From positions 6,882,001 through 6,946,000 of the forward strand of contig NC_081333.1 in NCBI RefSeq assembly GCF_022539665.2: a DNA stretch of 64,000 nucleotides, written 5' to 3'. The translations under genes and the position numbers were made by a program. The DNA is from Daphnia carinata. Taxonomy: Eukaryota. Below are positions 52,700 to 62,730 of this stretch, piece after piece. The notes under the pieces are model-generated. The model had not been told where the DNA came from. It did not search any database and saw only the letters and a program-made list of their open reading frames with translations. Numbering within the stretch: position 1 is the stretch's first letter; each line of letters starts with the position of its first letter.

Positions 52700-55600
52700 A
52701 TGCACGGCAACGTTGGCATGGAGAAAAACCAATGGAAAGTGGCTGAAGACGACACCGTCATCGTTGATCCTTCAGACAAGGAACAGGTGATTTATAACCA
52801 ATAACTACTTTATGCTTCGAAAGTCGTAACTTGGTGCGCACTAAAATAGAAACCGCTGCGCGATAATAAAACACGCGTCTTTAAGAGTTTCACAAACAAC
52901 GCCTAAAATCGCCGGCTGTATACAATATTGGACTAATGCTTAAATTACAGTGATTACAGCCGTTCGAAAATGTAGCCTAATAACACGTCGTATTTAAGGA
53001 CAAATCATTTTTGCTAATAATTGCCTGGTGTTTTGTTTACCTTAAACACGTCGATGAAAAACTAAAGGGCGACGAACCTCACAACTGGAAAGCCACGGGC
53101 ATAGCCATATGTGCCATCACCATCGTAAGCCTTCATCACACGTCACATTGTGAAAATGAGACGAATAATAAGATTAAATAATAACCGATTCCAGGTGTTG
53201 CTGGCCGTCAGCACAGCTGCGCTCTTCATGCGCAATCCTGAGGACGAGGTTATCAGACACTCTTTGACACACATGCATATCAGACTGGAACGCTAAAATC
53301 TCTTTGGCTTTGTCTAGGGGGCCTACTGGCAAACGGTGTCTTACGATCTCAATTCGGTCTTGGATACTGAAACGTCCATTTTCATAAGCAACAGTATGTC
53401 CAAGGATCAGTGGAAATCGACCTACTGGATTTCAGGTGACTTAGGCCTCTGTCAAACACAATCATTTCAATTCCAGAAACAAAAAACAAAGCAAAGTTTT
53501 TCTCTTATCGAATAATAATTAAAAAAAAAGATCGTCAACTCGTTTATTGGGATGCCTCGGGCGGATTGAACGTCTATCGAGTCGCAACGAACCAATCGGC
53601 CGTCCTCGTTCCCGCACATGTTGTGGTACTCAACAAACAATATATTTTCTGTGTTTCAAAAGAACATCATTATCAGTTCTGGTTGATTAAGCCGGCAGTA
53701 CTCTTGCTGTTTTCTTGTCGAAATAGACACAGTGGAGAGCGGACGAGTATTGGCCAAGTTATGACGGTCGTTACGTTCTACTCCGACAGCATCACACTGG
53801 CGATTCACAGAAAGAGGGCGAACTCTATTACGGATGCCATCAGCCACAGCGCTACTACGCTGTCTACGACACCTTTGAAAAGTAACACGTTTTGTAGAAC
53901 TATATTACAAGTTATAATTTTAATCGTAATTAATTGTTATTATACACCACAATTTTTGTATGATTAAAAAATTGTTTGAATAACCCTGGCAGTGATTTGT
54001 GGAAGATACGATTGACGGCGGACGATTTGCAACCAACCCGTTTGGGATACGTCGCATGGTCGGGCAGATCAAACCAACTGTACGCCATTTATCGCAATAG
54101 GTATGACAGATATTTAATGCAACAAGAACCCGTCAGTTGACTTTCGCGCCTTGTTTTGGGAGCCCCGTCGAAAGATGTCGGGAACGATTACGCAACCAAA
54201 CTGGTTTTTATGATTTGCGTGAAAATGGTTTTGTTTTTGCGTGTTTGACACCCTTTTGTAGGATCTTCTGGACTAGTGATGCCACCAGCCGGATAGGATG
54301 GCAACTACGGGGAGCAGACCGAACGTTGCCGAAAGAGCCGGAACAGGATTTCTTTTGTAGCGGATTGCCCGATTGGACTTATTCAGGTTTTGTCGACTGC
54401 CACGTCCTTGATTTTGCACGCAATTTTGGGCTTTTGTTTTGACTTGCGCATTTCGTACGGCAATCGCTTTTTGTGTCCCAACAGAAGGAGTGACACGCTG
54501 GCGGAACCTTATGTGGCCAAACCTTGGCGGCGATTGGCTAATTTACGCAACCTTGAATTCTAGCCAATGTCACCATTTAGATTTTATCGAATATTTAGCG
54601 GACCGCTCGCGAGCCAGTAGTATCCGTCACGCTGTGGTAAAGCAACATTCTTGCCTTTGTATTGATACAACGCGAAAGCTAATGACGGTTGACTGGGTTT
54701 GAAAGCCAGGTGGCCAGCTGCCCGAAATCCAGTTGAAGTTGATCCATCTCGAGAGCAACATCGAGTCCGAATTGGCGATCAGCCAGTTGGCTAACCAGAG
54801 GTATTTCAAGATTCCGTCGAATCGATCAAAAATTTCTTCATTAATTGGAACATGCAAGGCAATGGCTGTTAGTCCAAGTCGAGTGGCTGGACGCGACTGG
54901 CTTCGTTACGGCTTGGATGACCCGCAATCAAAATGAAACAAGAGTGTTCTACTGCCAGCTGGCCGTAGCAGAATGCAGTCAAGTACGTACATGGCATGTT
55001 TCGTCAACTAGCGTTCAAACCAATCTATTAGTAGCAACAACTGAGCGTGCCCCAAATTTGGAAATGCCAGATTATTCTTGAAGAAGCCGTCCCTGGTCGC
55101 TGGTTGGTACCCCCGTTGCTGTACCCATCGCCCAGCGGTAATGGCTTTGTGGCAATTTCACAGACGGGTCAAGCAGAGGACGGCCAACGTCTCGTTTATC
55201 ACCGTCCACCTTGGCACAAATTTGTCTCGCTTGATATCAGGCAAATCGACGTCAAGCGTATCGTCGGCTGGCATGAAGCAAACAACACCACGTATTTTGA
55301 AATGTTTTCTATTCTGAAGGAAAATCCGAGACACCGTCGTGCTTTAATACATGAATAACTTTTATTTTCAGCTACGTGCTTGGCACTCCGACGAACGAAA
55401 CGCAAAAGAGACATTTGTATCGAGTGACGGACGCCACAATCGAATGTCTCACGTGCCATTTATCAGCTGACAATTGTAACTTTGTCGATGCCAAGTTTGA
55501 ATTGGCTACCCTCGATTTTTACGAACTGCAGTGCCTAGGCCCCCATATTCCCAGTCTTCACGTTGTCGATTCGGAAGATAACGAAATTCTCACGACACTT

Positions 55601-56671
55601 TTGGAAGTGGATCATCACGGAGGACTGCGGGATCTTCTCGAGCATTTGACACCCGTCGTCAAATATCTAACAATCCCGCTTGAGAACAGAGGCGTCGGAA
55701 GGGTTCAGCTACTCCTACCTGGTGGCTGGAACGATAAAATTTACCATACACTACGCTACCCACTCATCATTCAAACGTAAACTATACATAAGAAAAAAAA
55801 ATCCCAATGGTTTCGAAGAAATTCTAATAGCTTCTTTCCTAGTTTGGACTGGGACGAAGGCGACGCTCTAACCGACCAATGGCGCAAAGATTGGGCTTCA
55901 TACTTCACGCTGACACGACAGGTGATTTACGCCAGGGTGTCAGGCCGTGACAGGGCGAACCAATACGGATCTCTCCAAACGGGTGTCAGCGATCTCCTTA
56001 CTATTGTCAAGTAAATGAAAGCATTACGTCAAATCTTTTCAATTTTGCGTATGATACAATTGTACATGTCAAAGGTTCTTGATGGCGGAATTGAACCACG
56101 TTGAAAGCAATGCAGTGGTCTTAATCGGTAAGGGAATAGGAGGCTACCTGGCAACCATGATGATGGCGCTGATGGCCAACGAGGAAGAGCCCATTTTCAA
56201 GTGCGGAATCGTCATTTCGCCTACCACTGACTGGTTGAGATACGGTAGAAAAAAAAAGCCATGGTGATCTCAATGTCAACTATGCCTTTCATATGGTTTA
56301 CTTTATTCAGAGGCCAGTATAGCTGAAAGGTACTTGGGAGATGCAGTCGATCAGCAATATTATGTTCTGTCAAAGACCGACAAGCACATTCAAATGATAA
56401 AAAATGATACGATATTGTTGATGGATTCGTTCCCGTACAATCCGGTCCAACATTTCCAATCAGTAAAGTTCAATTCCCAGTTGACAAAAGCGGGCATCCG
56501 GTTTGACTACAAAGTAAATTAAATTTCTAGATGCATTGTCTGGTGTTTATAATCTCATCTTTATTGGAATTTCAGACATATCCTCAGGCTGGTATTAAGA
56601 AGATGATTGAGTACCATTCATACCTTTCCTTAGAACACTTCATTACACAATGTCTGCAGAATGGTAATTAA
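52700..56671 (+). CDS. Inactive dipeptidyl peptidase IV-family (DPP10/DPP6-like) type II membrane protein, about 17 exons
   Basis: Phase-consistent exons start at 52700-52786, 53068-53124, 53195-53248, 53318-53435 and end with TAA at 56669-56671. HNWKATGIAICAITIVLLAVSTAALFM is a DPP6/10-type juxtamembrane motif plus TM helix. Propeller motifs: SYDGRYVLL, GLPDWTYSEG, WMTRNQN, KRHLYRV, CLTC, YELQCLGP. Hydrolase-fold motifs: YPLII, LIGKGIGGY, FKCGIVISPTTDW, AERYLG. Confidence 0.9.
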
Positions 56672-56804
56672 CATGCTGTGTCTTGAGAATGGAAGAATAA
56701 AAGTTTATGGGATAAGCAGATTCTGAAATATGGAATTGCTTACATGGTGCGACTAATGATTAATGTGCAAAGAATCCATAATGTTTTTGAATTAATGTGG
56801 CCTT

Positions 56805-57315
56805 CTATTTTGGTGGTCCTTCAACTCCAGATTGGGTGACAAGATCTGCAATGTTCCTCTCTAAATCATCAATACGGTTTCCCATATCATCAAGTAAAAA
56901 ATATGGTTAAGGAAAAAATTAGAAAGTAGTATTCATATAGTCTAGTGTAAAATCAAGCCCTAGCTTGATCTTTACTCAGTTTAAAAAGGATATTTCTCGA
57001 AAGCACTTGATCCGAGATATTCTGAAATCTTTCTTGCATTTGCTGTAAAAGAAGTTCAACCTGCAGAACAGCAACAGTTATGAATTTTTCAATCCACTTC
57101 AGCAAATAAGGTCAACTTACGTAGCGAGTAAGGTCTTGAACGTTTTTTAAATCGGGGGTGCTGGACTGGGCATTAGCTGTGGTAATACTGGTAACTGAAT
57201 CGCGAACGTTGCTGCCTGAACTTTCATTATTACTGAGACTGGCACTTACATTCAACTCGGTAGAAACATCAGACTGATATTCAGAACTTGCACTCAGTTT
57301 GCTATTGTCAGCCAT
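56805..57315 (-). CDS. HSBP1: Heat shock factor-binding protein 1, 116 aa, with a Ser-rich N-terminal extension
   Basis: Exons (minus) 57121-57315, 56994-57060, 56805-56893. ...[62 protein letters not shown] is the HSBP1 coiled-coil signature. Confidence 0.95.
56894..56993 (-). other. U12-type (minor spliceosome) AT-AC intron of HSBP1, 100 nt
   Basis: On the minus strand the intron begins ATATCCTTTT, has the branch site TTCCTTAAC (plus-strand 56906-56914) and ends in AC. Removing it restores the conserved SR-I-DDMG frame. Confidence 0.95.
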
Positions 57316-57405
57316 TTCGTTTCTACGTATACGTAATAGATTAGACCTGGAAGGAAAAATTGAGAATCAAATCAAGATAGCCAGAAAAAAAACAACGACT
57401 GTGAC

Positions 57406-57419
57406 GTTTCTATGGCAAC
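57406..57419. promoter_or_regulatory. RFX X-box in the HSBP1/NSMCE1 divergent promoter
   Basis: GTTTCTATGGCAAC matches the 14-bp X-box consensus GTYNCY-AT-RGNAAC and lies between the two head-to-head ATGs (57315 and 57809). Confidence 0.5.
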
Positions 57420-57808
57420 CAAGCAGGAAAGTCACTTTAGCCGCCCAACCCCCAGCATTGCCGTTTGTGTTTTCGTGCAGAATATTTTGACAAACTAACG
57501 AAAGTTACCATTGATAGTTAAGTAGTTTTTCTTTTTGCCAGCAATTCATGACAGTTATATCGTGCCAATAATGTTCGATTCCTACTTAATTATTATCGTA
57601 ATAAGCCTTGCTTCCAGCTTGCTACAAGTGCTACAACCTTCTGGCCAATACATTTACTATTGCACCGGAGTGAGGCTTTGGCAGAAAAGTCGTCTGTTTT
57701 CTATTCATTTAGGCGCGAAATTTTCCGGAAATCCTGGAATGCAGCTTCAGCATTGCACAATAATTTCAAGCAAATTCGGCTTTGGTGTTGAATCGTCTTA
57801 AATGCGAA

Positions 57809-58879
57809 ATGGCTAGTGATCAACAGAAACAAATTTTGCAGTACTTGCTTTACAAACCTCTAGTTTCATTAAAGGATTTGGAAAAGATTTATGCAGCTGC
57901 CTACGAAAGTATGATCTTTTTTACGGTTTTCCTTTTGTAATTTACAATTCAATGTTTCTAACTATGTGGTACGTTTTCAGAGCAAGGAAGAGGGGAAGAG
58001 ATTAGAGATCTTGTAAGATCCCTTAATGACTTACTCAAGCCGGCTCAGCTGGGTATCAAATCAAGATTGTGTGAAGATAATAATGAGGAATATTTTGCTC
58101 TAATCAACATGATAGAAAGTGAAGCAGCAAAGTAATTTAAAATTAAAATATATAAAATACAGATAATTTGTAAATTATATGTTGCAATTTGTAGACACAC
58201 TTCTGAATTCAGTCCTGCTGAATTTGAGCTTTTCAAGTGGATAATGAAAGAAATAGTTTCGTCAGAGTCTGGTTCAGTTTCTTCAATAGACTGCATCAAC
58301 CAGAGTTCATACATTCCAAAACTTACAAAAACAGATGCACAAAAGGCTTTAGATAAATTCTTAGATTCACAATGGTTGAATGAGGTATTTCTGCTTTCTA
58401 TTATTCATCTCAGCCATTTTAATTTCTTAATTTATATGCTCCTATTTAGAGAGAGGGAGAAGTGTCTCTTACTGTCAGAGCATTGTTGGAGCTGGAACCC
58501 CTGTTGAAGAAGCTTGACGAAGACCTTCAAAACTGCAAAATTTGCAACAAACTTGCTGTTAAGGTGTGTATTCTTAGCAACAACGTTTTTTTTGTTTTTG
58601 TTTTGTTTTACTTCTGTTAAATTTTGTGTGAGGCAGAAAGTTGCTTGCCCGGATTGCGGTGCGAAATTCCACCGTTATTGCATTTCCAGGTTAAAATTAA
58701 AATGCCCAGCATGCCACCAAGTATGGCGAAGCTTGGAAGACGAAAGCACCCCATCCCAAATTTCATTATCACAGACGCTATCACAAACGTCAAATCCATC
58801 AACATCTCAAGTCCCAAACCGCCGAAATGGTGGGGTAAGACGTGGTAGAAGCCACATGGAATCTGACGATAGCGAATAG
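57809..58879 (+). CDS. NSMCE1: Non-structural maintenance of chromosomes element 1 (Nse1, SMC5/6 complex RING protein), ~265 aa
   Basis: Exons 57809-57908, 57981-58131, 58195-58384, 58450-58563, 58637-58879. QILQYLL...LNDLLKP..LGIK..LCEDNNEEYFALIN...SEFSPAEFELFK...AQKALDKFLDSQWL...LTVRALLELEP then the RING-variant CKIC...CPDC..FHRYC...CPAC..VW. Confidence 0.92.
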
Positions 58880-59868
58880 TCAACAACTATTAGAGTTTCA
58901 TGTGCTGTAAATTCTAATGAGCTTCGAAGATAAGTATCGAATGTATCCTTTTTATTTGATAATCAAGCTAGTTTTTTCTTCCCTTTTTATGTAAAAAATG
59001 TAGTAAAAACTTCGTATATGCAGCTAATCATTTACAGCCCATATACATGTATCTAGGAGTCGAGAAAAAGCACGACGATGAGCCCTTCTATCTGTAAATC
59101 CTCAATGACTTTATACAGGTAAGTATTCTTGAGGCCAATTGTCCATAAGCCCTATTCTAGCAAATTACTGTACTTTCTCGTTATGATATATAGCTCGTCA
59201 ACGCTCTTTCGCGCTTCTATCTGTTAGCCTACATTCCCATGCCTGATGACCCGGTAGTGTTTGTGTGATGTAAAATATGAGTCGTTGATGTAAAGCGCCA
59301 GTCGTGACAGGTAGCCTCAATTGTGCCCGATGGAAACCAAGGCCGAATACGAGCCACATTGAATTCCGTCTGTGTTACCATCAGTAGTAGACCACAGTGT
59401 AACTTTTTATGCATTGCTTGTAACTCACGCGATGAAAACATATAGCTAGACATTTTCATCAACACTAACCGTTGAAACAAAGTCTGGTCTGATATCAAAT
59501 TGTAAAAACTAAAAACACCCAACCGTGAGAGGATACTGAGTTGATGAGAAAAAGGAAAAGGAAGAATGCAAGTTAAAAAGGATAAACAAAAGAACAAACA
59601 ACCCAAAGAAAAGCAATGAGAAAATGGAGCGACCGAGTGACGACCCGGCATGGCCAGGCACGGCACGCGGCTATGTCAGGGACTAGTACCGTTATAATTA
59701 TCCACATCGGCCTTTGTTTTTTTTTTGTTTTTTTGTCTCTTTCTCAACAGCGCACGCCTCATTACTTCCAATCTCACCTTTTGGCCAATTTCCCATATCC
59801 CCTTGCTACCCTTGTGTGCTGGTGTTTCGTCCGCAAGGTCTCCACATGTGATGACGGAGACAACAAAC

Positions 59869-61165
59869 ATGAGCTTAGAGAAAGAATTGCGTCGACCTTC
59901 TGCTGAAACAATGGTAAATAAATGATCAGTACGGTAACTAACATTCGATAAAAAGAAAAGAACAATCCAACACACAATCAACAAAGGGAACGGTTTTTTT
60001 ATTCTTTTTTTTTTCTTTCAGGACGACTCGTGCCGACCCGGTGGAAACAGCGTCTACTGCCGTTGCGCGTATGTATGGTTATATGGTCCAGCACTGGCAT
60101 CAACAGGTGAATGATGAAGTGTTCGGACTTCGTAGCACATAATAACCACACCTTGGCAACATCTTAAACATGGAACTATGCCATTACAGAACAGCGAAGC
60201 GACGTGTGTCATCATCGCTACGTTATTCGAGGCCAGGTTTCTTGCCTTTTTATGCTTGTTCCACCGAATGAGAATTCCTTGTTCGTAAAGGCTGAATGGG
60301 TAAATAGAAAAGACCTAAAAGCAAAGTCGGACAGCAGCTGTCCCATGTGTCAGGTAAAAAAAAAATTCTAGTTTGTGCAAAGTTATCGCTCTCATCTTGT
60401 TTTACTGCCAGTTTAATTTGTTCCATTATTATGTTTAGTGATCACTCCCGAGTGTTCCGGTCTTCCTCGCCGTCACAGGTGTGACCATGTATAGTTAAAC
60501 GCAGTACAAGTTTATGCGAGCGCGTTTACTTTAATTTCTTTTATTCTTTATTCGTTCTAGTATCCCTCGTCATCTTTCCGTTTGGGACTTTGGCGATACG
60601 AGGCTATAATTTTATCTTTATTACATCTCTTGTGTGGCTTATTTACTGGACGATTGAATGTAACAACATGGGCGGACACATTTAGCCAGCGTCCGATATT
60701 TTCGGACACGGTTGAACTGGACAACGCCTTTTTGTCTAGTAGGTTTCTCTCTCCTTATTTTTCTTTTTCTTTATGATTGACCAATGAGGGAAGAAAACAA
60801 GAAGAAAAAAGAAATTACAATAGGCATTCCGAATGGATTTTGGTATGCTTTGCTGCGATGTTGAACAGCGGCGGTTTGATTGTTTGGATTGTTTCTTGTT
60901 TGGTTGCTGTTGCCGGAACTGGCTGGAATATTCCCACGAACCGACTACCGTACAAGAGTGCAATTGTATGAACTATTAGCCCGCGTGCCTTGCGCAGTCC
61001 AGACATTTTTTTTGTTTTGTTTTCATGACTGTGTTTTTCCCCTTCTTTTTTTTTTCTTATGTGTCCAAGTGTTTTTCATGCGTTTGTTTTAACGATTCAT
61101 TTTTCCTCTTCTTCCCACAAGATTACGCCATTGCGTGGACTCTTGGTATCATGTACTAGGCGCAG
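59869..61165 (+). CDS. Putative uncharacterised multi-exon membrane protein (5' structure unresolved, probably incomplete)
   Basis: GT-AG-bounded exon-like blocks. Three consecutive ones (~60561-60742, ~60824-60948, ~61122-61165) join in phase: YPSSSFRLGLWRYEAIILSLLHLLCGLFTG...SSR|HSEWILVCFAAMLNSGGLIVWIVSCLVAVAGTGWNIPTNRLP|LRHCVDSWYHVLGA, with two hydrophobic stretches. The upstream blocks do not join into one frame unambiguously. Confidence 0.35.
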
Positions 61166-62111
61166 GTTGGTAGTATGCACTTCAGACACGCATGTAGGTC
61201 ATCAATTTCGACTCGGTCACTAACGTACAGCACATCGTCGTACTCGTTTTCTTCTTTCTCTTAAGAAAGCTTCTCTGGCCGTGAACGAGTGTGTGTCAGT
61301 TTTTAGGTTGGTGCTCATCAGGTGGGCCTCGCGGTTGTCCTTACATCCGAATATTCGTGGTATCAGCCAGCACGTAAGCCAACACACCTTCTACCCGATC
61401 GTTCTGAGAAAAGGTCACGAAGACGAACTGACGCATCCGTTGGCACTTGCGAGATATCGCCGTCGTTGTTTTATGTCGTTGGGCTGTCGTCACGGTGGCA
61501 GTAGCCCCTTCTAACGGGTTTCGTTCTCCGCCGGGGCCTTCTTTTTTTTTTTTTTTTTTCACATTCCAGTGAGAAATGTGATCGACTAACCCACAAGTCA
61601 AAGGTCGCATCTCGTCAGAGGGGAAAAATGAAACAAACCAGGAAAAAACGACGTTACAAGAAAATACATCCCATCCATACGAACAGGCCAACACTAACAT
61701 GCGATTCGGTCGACACTTGCAGTCGCGTCGCACGGCCCGCGGCCTGCACCCGGAAACACGAAATCACAAGCGTCTGTACCTTCATTGTACTGTGTTGCGT
61801 GCGTTCAGATAGAGGGCTGTTGGTCGGGTTTCATCACAGTCATCAGCCGGTGAATTCTCTGAATTATAGGCGCATCCGATAGAGTTGTGTAACCGTCAAA
61901 CATATAGTCGTCTTAATCGGAAAAAACGCCGCGAGGAATAATCACTTGGTTGAACAAAATGGGGGGAACAACGAGAAACCAATGGCGGAAGGAGTACAGT
62001 AACGGGGAAAATCGCAGGCGTAGTATTTATGAACGCATTTATACTCTCCTAAATATAATGCGATAGGGCCCCAATACAAGTCCCATTCGAGTTACAAAAT
62101 TGCCCAACATG

Positions 62112-62145
<34 letters not shown>

Positions 62146-62376
62146 AAAAAAAAAAAAAGAGATAGTCAAATAGGATAATGGCTCTTTAATGCGTGCGGTC
62201 TACCCGTACGAAACGTTAAGCTAGCTCAAACCTTGGGTTAGCTAGCGCAGCTACTGCTCCAGGCCCCTCCAAGCTAACGATTTCAAGCTTAAATTTTTTA
62301 CGATTTAAGCTTGGAAATTCAAGCTAACCTAAACCCGCGCGCCGCTAGCCTAGATTAGGCAATGCGAAAAAAAGAA

Positions 62377-62448
62377 GACTGTGGCTGGGATCGAACTCGG
62401 GTCTCCCGCACCACAGTCGGATGATCTTTCCACTGGACCATTCTATAC
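62377..62448 (-). pseudogene. Degenerate tRNA-His(GTG)-like sequence inside the MITE
   Basis: Minus strand GTATAGAA-TGGTCCAGTGG(A box)-AAAGATCATCCGA-CT GTG GT-GCGGGAGACCCGA-GTTCGATCC(B box)-CAGCCACAGTC followed by TTCTTTTTTT. It is 72 nt with tRNA spacing, but the acceptor and T stems pair poorly. Confidence 0.7.
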
Positions 62449-62511
62449 ATATTATAACTATTATTTCAGAACAATACAAGAGAGAATCTAGAAATATACT
62501 TAGGTTTTTTT

Positions 62512-62730
62512 CGACAGGTCAACAACAGAATTTAAAAAATCTAAACATAAAGTCGAAATTAAGTTAAGCTTTCGTTCCCTCAAAGTATTTAAACCAATTA
62601 TGCTAAATTTTTTTTTATTTCGACAGGTCAACAACCGAATTTAAAAAACCTAAAGATGAAGTCGAAATTAAGTTAATCTTTCGTTCCCTCAAAAGTATTT
62701 AAACCAATAATGCTAAATTTTTTTTATTTT
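62512..62730 (+). repeat. Direct tandem duplication, ~109-bp unit x2, inside the MITE
   Basis: cgacaggtcaacaac...gtcgaaattaagttaa.ctttcgttccctcaaa.gtatttaaaccaat.atgctaaattttt starts at 62512 and again at 62621, with a few substitutions. Confidence 0.9.

Noticed and set aside
58943..59125. GTATCCTTT plus TCCTCAAT...CAG as a second U12 intron after the NSMCE1 stop
   Set aside because: It is in non-coding sequence with no frame to test, the branch match is imperfect, and the CAG is directly followed by GTAAGT, which fits an ordinary donor better.
62114..62158. T31-G-A13 tract as a retroposon tail or hairpin
   Set aside because: No associated TSD or element body, and similar homopolymers are common in this window.
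62377..62448. Functional tRNA-His gene
   Set aside because: The 5' acceptor strand (GTATAGA) cannot pair with the 3' strand (CACAGTC), and the T stem has several mismatches.
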